From Felis catus (taxonomy: Eukaryota), in contig NC_058368.1 of NCBI RefSeq assembly GCF_018350175.1, forward strand, positions 103,604,001-103,668,000: 64,000 nucleotides of DNA. The letters are read 5' to 3'. A program made the translations under genes and the position numbers. This document shows positions 25,603 through 38,127 of the stretch, piece after piece; position 1 is the stretch's first letter, and every line of letters begins with the position of its first letter. The notes beneath the pieces are model-generated. The model did not search any database and was not told where the DNA came from. It worked only from the letters and a program-made list of their open reading frames with translations.

Positions 25603-26599
25603 CTCAACTTTGAAATAACTAGGGTGACAATAACAGGATGGCAAAGAGTGGATGCAAAGGCAAAAAATAGCCAAGATCAAGGCTATAGCTGGGGCCAATT
25701 CTCCAAAGTACTGAATGGCTGTTCTCGACAGGAATCACTGGGCAGTGGTGAAATTTGGCATCAGGCTAATGACAGTATTTAGATCTAAAGAGTTCTCATG
25801 GGTTGACTCTAGACACCAGCTGGTGGCTTGTAGTTCAGGGATTGATGTGTAGTGAGAGCAGTTAGTGTTCCTGCCAGGTGAAACACTAAAACAAAAGCCA
25901 GAGAACAGAGCAGAAGAGGAGCAAAAAAAAAAAAAAGGCTCATCCCTAGGGCCAAAAGAATTTTTCGTTTGCATCCCTTAATAATATTAATCATCAGTGA
26001 TAGTGGTATTGGTCATGACTGTTAACATCAATAGTAGTAAAGAAAAATATCTTCCAAAGTCCCCAGCATACTCCCCTCATATCCTATTGGCCAGAACTAG
26101 GTAAACGAAATAATGCACCCAAATATGTTAATACTGGCAATGAAATGCTCTGTGACTCACAAAATGCAAAAATATTGTCTTTCTTAATTTTTCTAAAAAC
26201 ATCTGATCTGAACTCCAAAATTCCATTTACCAGTGGTGGCACAAGGGCACTGCCAGCTATGTTGGCTCTTTCTCCCTTGCTTTCTTTGGTCCTAGGAAAA
26301 TGGTAGCCTTAATAATTAAACCGAAGCCTTAATGCATGGATCTCATTCTTAGAATCATCTGATCACTCCTAGATGCTCATTGTCAACTGGGCTTTCTGAA
26401 TTGCCTTAAGTCAATAATGATTGATATATTCCCTGGGTCTGGGTACATAACCATACAAACAAAGTCAGCAAGAAGGAAGTGGAAATGGCTGATGGTAGGC
26501 CACAAACAGTATCTACCATAATCAGACTGAAAACAGATCCCCAAAATTACTTCTTGGACATTTGGCTAAAATCAAGGGAAAACAGATGCCCAAAAGCAT

Positions 26600-27850
26600 C
26601 AAGAACAGGTAGAGAGATGGGAAGAATGAAAGACAAGTTGTAAACATGCCGAGAACAGATATAGAAATGTCAACATAAGTTAATGTATGGATTTTATACT
26701 GAATGAATGAATAGAGGACAAGGCATTTTAGAAAAGATAAGGGCTTAAAATTCTCAGAATTAAAGAAAAATATAAGACCTCGGATTGAAAGAATGTAATA
26801 TGGCAAACTGGATAAATTAGCACAATACCAAATTGAGACACATTTTAGCGAAAATTAAGAACGTCAAGGAAAAATAAAAGGTTCTTTAAAGTTCCAGAGA
26901 GGAAAATCCAATCACTCATAAAGGAGTTAGAATCAAACGGACATTGAAATTCTCAAGGAAACATTATAGTCAAGAAGGCAACAGTTTTATTTTCAGAGTA
27001 TTGAAAGAAAAGCACATTATACCAGAATTCTATACCCTATTAAACATTTCCTTTAAATGTAAGTGTGAGATAAAAATATTATCAGGCACAAAAGACTTCA
27101 AAAAGTTAATCACACAAAAATCCATTTGGCATGTTCTCCAGCAAATAAAGTAATAGATCTAGGAGGATACTGCAAATACATGAGAAGTAAGGATAAATAA
27201 ATAACTTAAGGAAATATTTCATTATCTTAAAAAAGCTATGACCATAAGAAAAAGAAATCTAAAAAGAAAATGTCCATAACAGTCAAGAATTAAAGCCCTA
27301 GATGTTGTACAAATGGAGTATTTGCTAAAGTGTTTAACTTATTGAAATATATTTGTAGATACTTATAAGCTAAAAAAAACTGATTTGACAAAAATAAAAT
27401 TTAGCTTAACTTATTGAAATATATTTGTAGATACCTCAAAGCTAAAAAAACTGATTTGACAAAAAATAAAATTTAGCATAAGTCTTGGTAAAAGATAGCA
27501 GAGGAAAATTCACTCTATTCAATAGATATTAGGAAAATAGTGGAAGTAAAGAGGGAGAATAAACAAAAAACTTTTAATAAATGAATATGTATATATGTCA
27601 AAAGTAAATCCCAATAGTAACAAGAAGAAAAGGAAATGGCTGTCACCACTAATCAAAAATCTCTGATGGATTTTTGAAAAGATCAAGAAATACTAAAATG
27701 AAACAATATGGGAAGTTTGCAAATAAAGGGATAGGGGAAAAAATGGCTGTACACGAACAGGGATGAAAAGAAATCCAGAATCAGACAAAATAATTTAAAA
27801 TAAAAAGGATCATGAGGAAAAAACATAGAAAATATTATATCCAGGCTATG
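26600..27850 (+). mobile_element. Ancient HAL1 / L1M ORF1 remnant
   Basis: Frame 26944-27153 FIFRVLKEKHIIPEFYTLLNISFKCKCEIKILSGTKDFKKLIT resembles the L1 ORF1p C-terminal domain; A-rich; no recognisable ORF2 downstream. Confidence 0.7.
27334..27477. repeat. 72-bp tandem duplication
   Basis: TTAACTTATTGAAATATATTTGTAGATAC...AAATTTAGC twice (27334-27405, 27406-27477). Confidence 0.97.
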
Positions 27851-27888
27851 TATAATCATTCTGAATCTGTTTTCATGTAACAGTAATA

Positions 27889-28004
27889 TGCTGAGCATGG
27901 AGCCTGCTTGAGATTCTCTCCCTCTCTCTCTCTCTCTCTGCCTCTCTCCCACTGTCTCTCTCCTAAAATAAATAAACAAAATAAAATAAAAATAAAATAA
28001 TAAA
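27889..28004 (+). mobile_element. 5'-truncated Can-SINE
   Basis: GCATGGAGCCTGCTTGAGATTCTCTC, (CT)n, (AAAAT)n tail. Confidence 0.88.
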
Positions 28005-28170
28005 TTCATGGTAGTTAAAAAAATTAATCTCTAGAAGAAAATACTTCTCAACAACCCTCGGATTCAAGAAGGGAAACTATGGAAGTCTTAGAGCAGAAAA
28101 ATATTAGTAGAACTGTATTTCAAAATCCGATCATCCATATGAAACAGATTTAAAGCTATGTTGGGGTTTT

Positions 28171-28391
28171 GGGGCGCCTGGGTAGCTCAGTCGGTTAAGC
28201 GTCCGACTTCAGCCAGGTCACGATCTCGCGGTCCCCGAGTTTGAGCCCCGCGTTGGGCTCTGGGCTGATGGCTCAGGGCCTGGAGCCTGCTTCCGATTCT
28301 GTGTCTCCCTCTCTCTCTGCCCCTCCCCCGTTCATGTTCTGTCTCTCTGTCTCAAAAATAAATAAAACGTTAAAAAAAAATAATAAAAAAA
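28171..28391 (+). mobile_element. Very young SINEC_Fc
   Basis: Perfect TSD AAAGCTATGTTGGGGTTTT at 28152-28170 and 28392-28410; diagnostic TTCAGCCAGGTCACGATC. Confidence 0.97.
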
Positions 28392-28865
28392 AAAGCTATG
28401 TTGGGGTTTTGGTTGACCATAAACTCACCACGGACCAACATCTGGAAAAAAAAAAAATTGGACAAACTGCAAATGAGATCTAACATCTTTTTTAGTGCAA
28501 GTACAGTATCCAAACACAAAAAGTCAGAATTCATCCTGAATGTTGTATTCTGCACAAGATGCCACAATATAAGGGGAATTGTGAGGGAAAAACAGGGGAA
28601 AAAACGCGGGGGGCGGGGGGGCACCAAGATAGAAAGATACCTGGGCTCAAGACCTTATTCAGATGGTTGCGACCTCAGGACAGTGAAGTATGCGCAAGCA
28701 CATTACTCTTCAGTACATCAGGAGTTGCCATCTGCATGGCGGTGGAACAGGTGGATAGACGGTCCATGTTATTCACAAGGGCAAAAGTGAGACCGACATC
28801 TGGGAATTCTCGTAGGCAGAAATTGAAAGAAGGTAAAAAAGAAATTTCTAACAGTAAGAGTTAAT
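28392..28865 (+). mobile_element. CR1/L3 LINE fragment (very old)
   Basis: TTGGGGTTTTGGTTGACCATAAACTC and AGGCAGAAATTG...AAGAAATTTCTAACAGTAAGAG resemble the L3/CR1 3' region. Confidence 0.55.
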
Positions 28866-29727
28866 TAAAAACAAGTATTCAAAACAGCAACTTATGACAA
28901 AAGAATATTCACACAGAGGTGATCTGATGCAGTAGAAGGAACTCCTACAAAGAACAGGTTATTGTAGAGCAGTACATTTGTGCTTCAAGTTGTAGAACAG
29001 GATAGCGATATCTATGCCCCTTGGAACTCAAAAATGTCTGAAGTTTGCTATTTTCACAATAAAAATATCAGCTCTTTGAAAAGGAATAAATTCTCTTAAT
29101 AGTATGTTCAGGTCGTGTATGCAGAAAAGTGGTGATTTCTACCGAATTTAACATTTTCATGTTTCTGGTCAAATTTCTGTTAATACACAGCCTTAATGAT
29201 GTAAAGCAATTTTACCTAGAATTTTGTTTACTTTTTAGCCCTGATTTATCCCCACTGTATTACAAAAAAGACTGCTAAGAACCCTCAGGTGTTTAAAGTT
29301 TTATAGAATTTCCCTTACCTTTTCTTTTGACTAATAAAAACGTTAGAAAAAAATTCTTTCACATGAGTTAAAAACTGTGAATTTTTGTTTCTACTATAAG
29401 CATGGACTACTTATTGTAAAATGTTCAGGAGAGGAGTTTCTTTTAGTTTGCAAAGGTGAGTTCAGGTCACCTTTAGTAGGTCACCAATAATATGAGTTTG
29501 AAAAGCAAGGGATGAGACATCTCTCACCGAAAATGGAAGAGAAACTTCCAGTGTAATTCCTGTAGAGTGATCAAACAGAGGACAATATTTTCATTCATCT
29601 GTTAACTAGTTCATTCATTCACATATTATGTGAGTGACACTCTGTGTCACAGTGAACAGCATGGGCAGCCTGTACCGATTCAACACCTATCTCTGTCAAA
29701 TGAGAGGCAGGACACTCAAAGCAAGCA

Positions 29728-29822
29728 GACTGATACTCTTGTACTTCAGTCCCTTCATTTGTAAAGGATGATAATGACACCTACTTCCTAGGTTGTTAGG
29801 AGGATTAAATGATAACAGAGAT

Positions 29823-29871
<49 letters not shown>

Positions 29872-29891
29872 GGATGGAAAAATGGATAGAT

Positions 29892-29942
<51 letters not shown>

Positions 29943-29968
29943 TAGATAGATAATAAAGATGGATGAAT

Positions 29969-30011
<43 letters not shown>

Positions 30012-30020
30012 AAGATGGAT

Positions 30021-30066
<46 letters not shown>

Positions 30067-30170
30067 CAGATAATACAGATATATAATTACAGATGACAGC
30101 ATACTTACAGATATATAGGACCTAGAACAAAGACTGGCCTTCTTGGTGCCATCTAAGTGTTAGCTGTTAA
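29728..30170 (+). mobile_element. MIR split by a (GATA)n array
   Basis: CTTCAGTCCCTTCATTTGTAAAGGATGATAATGACACCTACTTCCTAGGTTGTTAGGAGGATTAAATGA left of the array; CCTAGAACAAAGACTGGC...AAGTGTTAGCTGTTA right of it. Confidence 0.75.
29823..30072. repeat. Compound (GATA)n tetranucleotide array
   Basis: Four GATA runs separated by GGAT-containing spacers. Confidence 0.98.
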
Positions 30171-30173
30171 CTA

Positions 30174-30400
30174 CCACATTCCAGGTTCTGGGCTGGATGC
30201 TGGGGCTACAATATTGGATAAATGAAAGGTACTTAAAGATCAAGTCATACAAGGTATGATAGGTCAAATTACGGAATAATACTTAATCCTAAAAATACAG
30301 GGAAGTTGTTGAAAGATTTCAGATGGGCAGGCTGCATGGTCAGTGTTGCTTGTTTTAAAGATTATTCTGGATGCACTGAGAAGAATTGATCATGGAGAAG
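30174..30400 (-). mobile_element. L2 fragments
   Basis: CCAGGTTCTGGGCTGGATGCTGGGGCTACA; GGGAAGTTGTTGAAAGATTT...TTTTAAAGATTATTCTGGATGC. Confidence 0.6.
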
Positions 30401-30920
30401 GGGGAGTTTCGCAAAGAATGGACATCGAGAGACAAGGGCAATGTTATTAAATGCCAAAAGCAAGTGCAAAAGAAGGCTGAAATTTTCTCATTTTGTTTTC
30501 TGAAAATGTGGTGTGCTTGTGTTCACGCGTACATGGTTATGTCTGTTGGCGGAGGTGAGGCTGTGGTGTTTATTGTGTGTGCGCACTGTGATGAAATCAT
30601 TGATGGAAGCCACTCTGCACTGGGAGGTACAGTAAGTAACTCTCTGACGTGTACAAAATCTCTAAACCTCTCTAAGACTTAATTGCCTCTTTTTGTAAAA
30701 CATGATGTACAGCATTTTGTAGAAACCTAAATAAGAAACTGTATGTGGAAGGAATTCTTAACCATAAGGCACAATATTAATGTTGTATTTGTCATAGTTA
30801 CGTGGGGAATGTGGAGAGGGGAACAAAATCTCAAGGTCTCTTCTAGGATGTTTATTTTACCAAAGGAGAAGCATAAAAGATGGAAATGGGATATCGTCAG
30901 GCAAGAAAAAGCGTTGTGAT

Positions 30921-30981
30921 TTTTTTAATGTTTATTTATTTATTTTTGAGAGAGACAGAGCAGGGAGGGGCGGGGGGGGGG
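30921..30981 (-). mobile_element. Extremely 5'-truncated Can-SINE (tail only, about 60 bp)
   Basis: TTTTTAATGTTTATTTATTTATTTTTGAGAGAGACAGAG; TSD AAAGCG(T/C)TG(T/C)GATT at 30907-30920 and 30982-30995. Confidence 0.88.
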
Positions 30982-31169
30982 AAAGCGCTGCGATTAATAT
31001 CTGTGATCACAAATCAAGCATTTCATTTAACATCGTCCTTCAACTAGAATGATGTTTCAAGGGGCCACATTTCTGCCCGACTGTTCCTGTACCCAACTGG
31101 CTCCCTCAGGATTTTGATTTGTACATTTTTTTTCCCCACTGGGATAGTGATCAGAACAATTTTTTAGCT

Positions 31170-31955
31170 TTCCCTCACTCCCCTCGTGTCCTCACATCCC
31201 TCTTTAACCCAGCTTAAAAGCTGTGTTCAACCAGTATAATCATTCCTGCGCATATACCTAACCACCACACGCGCAGCACCCCCCTTCATCATACTTCCCT
31301 GGAAAAATCCCAAACCCAGTGAAATTCACCTATCTGCATGAGCTACTCCTGCCCCCTGAGAGCTGAATACCTGGAGGAAAACAAAACCACACCGACAGGA
31401 CTCATTTTTATAATCATGACCACTAACTATAGTTCTACCACATTTCTCCTCTTGTTCTTCTAAACTACTGACCAATGCTCTCCATTTTCCTAAATCCAAT
31501 AGCTACTTGGCCTATTACTTAATTATAAAAGCAACATTTTACATTTTTATATTTAGTCACCTACTCAACCTGGAAAGTTTGGGCCCAGTCCTTGTTTGGG
31601 ATTTCTCCTCATATGGTCACTTTGTCATACTGACCACCTGTGTGAAGCAATAGCCTCCTTCCAACATAAACGTGTACACACACAGGCACAGGAATCTGCA
31701 CAAGTGCGCACACAGAGACTCATAAGGGAGGTCTGATCTCCCTTATCCTACTTGATTTTTTTTTCCCCGGAGCCTACACCACCATTTGTCATACTATACA
31801 TTTACTTGTTTGTCAATATGCATCCCTCACCATTCAAATATAAGTTTCCCAAGGACAGGGACTTCATTTCATTTATTATTAAATTTGAATACAAGGGTTT
31901 TCAAAATTTAGTAGGTATTCAACAAGTTTTATTTGAATGAATGAATAAATGAGTG
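31170..31955 (+). mobile_element. L2 LINE fragments including 3' end
   Basis: Internal AAAATCCCAAACCCAG...CATGACCACTAAC; 3' end AAGGACAGGGACTTC...TAGTAGGTATTCAACAAG..TGAATGAATGAA. Confidence 0.7.
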
Positions 31956-32334
31956 AAATCAATATTTAAATTTAGGAAATTTCCCAGAAGATAAAAATAG
32001 CAGACTAATTAGCAATGACAAATCAAACATGCTAACGAGCTATGATATAAATATTCTATACATGTATTTATTCATTATTCAGTGGTTTTTATGACTCGCC
32101 TGTTCCCAAAAATGATCTGAGGCAACTGTTATGTATACAGTATTGCTATTTATAAATTTAGTGTAGAATATTCTCTCTGTGTCTTACGAAGGGAAAAAAA
32201 TGTGGTCTAATGGCTTTAATAAAATGTAAATCTTCATTAAAAGGGGAAAGGGGAAGAGTAATAAGGCTTTCTTCAAATAATAACTGATGAGTTATTTGTT
32301 TGACTTTTAATATAATTTAAGAAAAATACAGGTA

Positions 32335-32556
32335 GGGCGCCTGGGTGGCGCAGTCGGTTAAGTGTCCGACTTCAGCCAGGTCACGATCTTGCGGTCCGTG
32401 AGTTTGAGCCCCGCGTCAGGCTCTGGGCTGATGGCTCAGAGCCTGGAGCCTGTTTCTGATTCTGTGTCTCCCTCTCTCTCTGCCCCTCCCCCGTTCATGC
32501 TCTGTCTCTCTCTGTCCCAAAAATAAATAAACGTTGAAAAAAAAAAAAAAAAGAAA
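32335..32556 (+). mobile_element. Very young SINEC_Fc
   Basis: Perfect TSD AAGAAAAATACAGGTAG at 32319-32335 and 32557-32573; long A tail. Confidence 0.97.
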
Positions 32557-32619
32557 AAGAAAAATACAGGTAGACAGTGCCAAAGTTGGGAGATATTTGA
32601 GTTAACAGAAACTGAGAAG

Positions 32620-32620
<1 letters not shown>

Positions 32621-32663
<43 letters not shown>
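32621..32663. repeat. (TTA)n microsatellite
   Basis: Directly visible. Confidence 0.98.
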
Positions 32664-35128
32664 CTCAAGAGTGAAGATGCCAACTTAGCCTCTATTCCCT
32701 TCTTGGGTATACCTATACTCCTTTCCAGTCTTATTAGTTCAAAAGGCAATTCCACACATGCCAAATACAGTATTGAAATTTGCACCTTGTAAAAAAGAAA
32801 GGTCATTTTCAAATATTTACTTTTATCATTTTGGCATAAAACCAGGTTTTCTCCAATTCTCAAATGTTTGAATTGGTCAAGACACGTTAAATCTCTCCAC
32901 CTACATTTATATGTCTAACACAAGTTCCTGCCCAAAAGGAAAAAAAATAGAGATAGCTTTTCATTTCTGTTAAGAAAGTAATTTTCGTGATGGCATTGGC
33001 TAGAGTTTGGAACAAGTTTTCCATAGAAGTGGAGAAGGCTTTGAGGCCATTAAAATAAAACCATACAAAACAGTAGGAAATGTACTATACTATGAGGGAA
33101 AACTCTGTCCAGATCCCTGGAGACTGCAGCTGAGAGCTGAATAGGCCTTTTCAATCTCCAGCCTTTATGATTCTAGGTAACTATTCTGAGAATAGATGAA
33201 AAGAGTGGTGTTTTTTCTATCCGTGTTGAACTCCTATTAGCCTCTTGAGGAAACAGGGGTTTTGCAGAAAGTGTGAGTTTTCTAAGTGTTACCAAAATGT
33301 CCTTGTGTCATTTCCTTATGAAAAGGCAATCTAATAATAGCTACATCTTCTAATATTAACAAAGCTGCAAAGTTACGCAAGTCAGAATAATTTTCCTCTG
33401 CTTGGATGGCAAAATCCTTCAATGTCCTTGTCTCTTTTTTCCCCAATGTGCCACCCCCTTTATAGTCTATGTTTGCTCTTTAATATTTGATTTCGCATTT
33501 GCTTCCAGTCATCCTGATACAAAGCTGCGGTGTGAAGGGGAAACATTCAAAAGGGAGAGAAGATACGGTGGCCACCCTACCATAAGCAAGTCCACTCAAC
33601 TGTAAATCTACCCTGCATTTAATTACTCACCTAGATGGGGCGTGGATAAGGTTTCCTGAGTGTGGGCTATACTGAGTGACGGAGTCAGCTGGCAGTAGCA
33701 AGCTTTTCTACAGCTAAAGCGAAAGGTTAACAGTAAACATAGAACTTCAAGACAAGCATTGTCCTTAAATAGCTGCAAAACTAAAAGAATAACAGAAACT
33801 TCTTTTGTAGGAATTCATTAGTTTCAAAACCCTAACTTGAAATAGGGGAGTTCTGTGGAAAGGACTGTGGCCCCTCAAGTAAATTTACAAGTATTCGGTC
33901 AGTAACGGCGAGGGAAAGCCCACCCTCCTCATGCCAAGTTCTACCACATCCACGGCATCATTAGCTCGTGTTTGTATAATGAATAGCGAAGATGATTGCC
34001 CTTGTGAGATGAATCAGCAAGTCCCCATTAGAGCAGCCCAATAGCACTGTTTTCTTTCTGAATCACTGTGGAAGGCAAATGGAAAAGTGACATAGAGACT
34101 TGGTTCTCCATCAGCGATGGGAGGGGAATTCGTGTTGGGAGCCAAATTTCCAAAGTAAGGCATACACGGCTTGCCAGCAAAACTGTTCACACCCCCACAG
34201 AGACCACAAACCCTGCAGCTGTAATTTCAGAAACACACGTGTGTATAAATCAAGTAATTGCACACCTAACTATCCACTTGAGCCTGTGTGCCTGCGTATT
34301 TTGCAGGTGCCCCGGGCACTTATGCTATTTGGCTTTGAAGACAAGGTTCGGTTTAATTGACAGGATATTATCAAATTCAAGCTGACTTGTATGGACATAT
34401 CTCAAAATATGAGGGTGGTGTGCAGAATCCGGCAGCACCTATGAGCATTCTATATGTATGTTCTGCGAGGTCCTTGCAGCTGACTGAATTCTAAACAACA
34501 GAAAGAGACAAAATTAAAATGCCAGCTTACTTCTAATTCATGCAAGTATGTTTCTAGAGCATTCAACGAAGCAACATTATTTTGAAATATTCTTGCCATT
34601 TACAGAAAGAGAGAGGGAGAATCTGGCAAGCGTTATTTTGTTTTATATAATGATGTTTTAGGAGGGGATGAGGGGATACTTTGGGTCTACTGGCCAGAAG
34701 AACAAGAAGACCCATGTCTCCATCCTCCAGCTGGCAGAAGGCCCAGTGGACAACCATGGAGCAGGCTGCTGGCTGCCCAGGAAAGTGAAACTCACCACAA
34801 CATGGAATCTACCTGCAGGCTAAGTTTGTGCTCTGATTTTTCCAGGAAAAATTCAGGTCTTTGGGACTTCAGCTCAGGTGTAGTTACTACCAGTCCTCTG
34901 CAGCTGCTTTACACGTCCAATAAAGTAAGATTAACGTGGACCAGTTCATCCAAAAATTCAGCTGCAATTCAACAAAAGGCATTTCTACAATTTTTACCTT
35001 GAGAGAAAGAAAACCATGGTACCTATTTCACAAAAATATTTAAACCACCGACTTCTCATTTACTGCCCCCCACCAGAAGTTTACAGATATGGCTTAATGA
35101 ATCACACACATATCCTCGTGAGTACGCA

Positions 35129-35129
<1 letters not shown>

Positions 35130-35162
<33 letters not shown>
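35130..35162. repeat. (CA)n/(CG)n microsatellite
   Basis: Directly visible. Confidence 0.95.
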
Positions 35163-36344
35163 CGTACAACCAGCAAATTCCTAATGGAATGATGTCAAAA
35201 CTCACTAGCAAATAATAAGATGCTGTGAACAGTGTCTCCCATGTCTTAAGCTATTTCTAAAGCACCTAGTGTTACTACTGCTACCCAACAGTGAATTGCC
35301 GGAGGTTCTAAATGGACCATAGAAATTCTACCTTAGATTTCTTCACATCGGTTCATATTTTACTATTTAAAATAAAGAAATTGGATCAGAGGTAATATGG
35401 TAGCTATAAGTAAAATCCATTTGACAATAGAATGTCCCATAAGGAGGATCTTTCTTGAGACAAAGTCAGGAGTCGGCCAGAGCAAAGAAAAGAGAACTCT
35501 ATGCAAGAGTTTTTCCCAAAAATGTGTGCAAAGTCCCACTGGTCCATTTGAACAAAATTTCCAGTAAGTCTTGTTTTCATAAAGTAATTATTAAAGAAAC
35601 CCATTATATTTGCATGTAACATTAGCCAAAAATAACACTTCAATGTGATGGCAACAAAATTTAACCCTTCTTTCTTTTTTTTTTTTAATGACTTACATAT
35701 TTTTTTATTAACACTTTATCAAAGGCCTGGTTTTGAGACTTGTAGAACTGGCATGCTCCTTTTGCTTGTTATCAGGGAACTTGAAAATGTATAAGGTGTT
35801 TATGGCCTATTAAAGGCCCATTAGGCCATAAAAATAATCTGCCTGTAAAAACAGTGAGGGAAGGTGAAATGTACAATGTATAAACTAAAATCTGATCACT
35901 GTATAAAGGCCTAGTAGGAAAAGCTATTGATTTCTTTCTCATTGAACAAACATAATAAATTTCAGGTGTATTAATAGGCTAAAAATAAACTTCAATCTTA
36001 TACAAAGGAAAGAGGGAAAGCCATATAAGAAAAAGAATGTCAACAACCTACTCTAGATTTGCAATGATGTCCATGTGCATTGTGTGGGGAGGCATATGGG
36101 ATTATGATCAACAAACTCTTTGTTGATTTAGACTCAGCTACTTGCATAAACACATCTTTTGGACAGCATAAGGATTCATAAGTCTGATTTTTCAAATTCC
36201 AACAAGGTACTTAGCATTTGTACACCACAAAGTATAGTTTCTGAAATTGTCATGTAGTTTTTGAGCATTCCATAGGAGACAGTTTGGGGACAACAGGGTA
36301 AGGAGAGGGCATGGGATGGGGGCACTCAGCCTTGGACAGAGGCT

Positions 36345-36650
36345 CACCGCCACTCCTAACCACCTGTGTGGTATTAGGAAAGATTCTCATCTCCTCTGCT
36401 TCTACGTATCCACATCTTCAGAGGGGAGGATTAAATTATCAAAATGTAAGCCACAAATAAAATAATACATCTAAAGGACTCTTCCTGACACAAAGAAAAC
36501 ACTTGATATATTTCATCAGTTTTTATTATACCATTGCCTGGGTCCTTAAACAATTATGATCTTGGGCATTTCCCTTAACCTCTCTGTCCTGTTGCTTCTG
36601 TAATGATGGGATTTGCACTATGGTCCTTCCCAGTCCTAACCACATATGAC
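36345..36650 (+). mobile_element. MIR fragments
   Basis: GCCACTCCTAACCACCTGTGTGGTATTAGGAAAG; GATCTTGGGCATTTCCCTTAACCTCTCTG. Confidence 0.55.
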
Positions 36651-37490
36651 TGCATAAAGTCCTATGCCCTAAATTGGATCAGACCTTAAAGTTTTTGAGG
36701 ACCAAATGCCAGACCAATCTCCAACATCCAATGAGAGCTGACACCTTCTTGTATGGTGATGACATATCCAGTCCCTGGGAAGGCCTGGAGGTTGAGTTAG
36801 TCACTGTTCAAATGTAAAACATCTCCCAAAGTAATAATTCCCACCTTTGGGGTACAAATGTTGGTGTATTGTCAAGATATGAGGAATATAACAAGTTTTT
36901 TGGCACTAGCAGTTAAATGAAAGTAATAATTGCAGTTAAATAACTGTTTATAATTACAACATATAACAATATAGCTATATTTTTATATATTATTATAAAC
37001 TACTTTAGTAATAATTATATATTATAGATTTAGAATTTGAAATTGACTTACTTCAAAATATATATATGGGAGTTGAATCAAGTTTACTCCTATAAGAATG
37101 TCATTTCACTGAATTTGTATTCCCCTCGCTTTCTCATGAGAATCTTGGAAAAACCTTGAACACTTCCCTAATGTTAATGTATGTATTAAATGTTTTGTGG
37201 CAAGGAAACAGGTAGTTCACAAGAGGAAACTTATGACATTATTTTAATAATTGTAAAGGGCAAATGAATCAATGAGTAGACGTAATAAAACATTGATACA
37301 ATCCCTACAATATGACTGAAAGTTAAGTGAAAATGTTTATCTGCCAAGTTGGAGTCATAGAGACAAAATAGAGACATGTTCTAAATCCTTCCAATGCCTC
37401 AGCATTCCACATCCCTAAAACATTCTATTAATATGCTTCATCAGTTTTATATTTCAAGATACTTCTTTAAAAGCCATGGCCTCTTTTTAC

Positions 37491-37493
37491 TTT

Positions 37494-37554
<61 letters not shown>

Positions 37555-37566
37555 TTTCTTTCTTTC
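37491..37566. repeat. (TTTC)n microsatellite
   Basis: Directly visible. Confidence 0.98.
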
Positions 37567-37799
37567 CATTAGGATTCTAACCTTATTACTCTGGAGCTAT
37601 TTTTCCTACAAATAATTCACAGGGCTTTCCTAGGTGCCCTTAGAGAACATGTACAAATCATTACCTACCAGAAAATCATACATAGGGAAATAGAAAAGAA
37701 CTCATGAATGCCCTACACAGTGAGATAAATGCAGAGATAAGCATCCTAATCTCATTATTACTAATTTGCGCTACCCATATTATTCTTTTTGTGGCCTAA

Positions 37800-37943
37800 G
37801 CCAGTTCTCCAAGGAAGTTCTAGGAATAACTATCAGCAGTACATTGGGACTTGTTAGAAACACAGAATCTGGGGAAGTCCAGAAATCTGCCTTTTGACAA
37901 GCCCTCAAAGTGCTTTGGATAAATGTTAGTTTGAAAACCACTG
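37800..37943. mobile_element. MER5-like hAT element
   Basis: GGGACTTGTTAGAAACACAGAATCT...AATCTGCCTTTTGACAAGCCCTC...AGTTTGAAAACCACTG. Confidence 0.7.
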
Positions 37944-38127
37944 GTAAAGACCACAAATTAAATCGTAGTATTTTTAAATACTGAACAAAGCAGCTTACTA
38001 GAATTTAAATAAAAATTTGGAGTAAAATGTTTTTAGAAAATATATATTGAGCAAAGAAGGCAAAAAATAATTTCACATCCTAATAATTTTATCTATACAG
38101 TAATAAGTTTTTACTATTAATTGTTAT

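Noticed and set aside
29788..30102. (YLSI)n ORF
   Set aside because: Translation of the GATA microsatellite.
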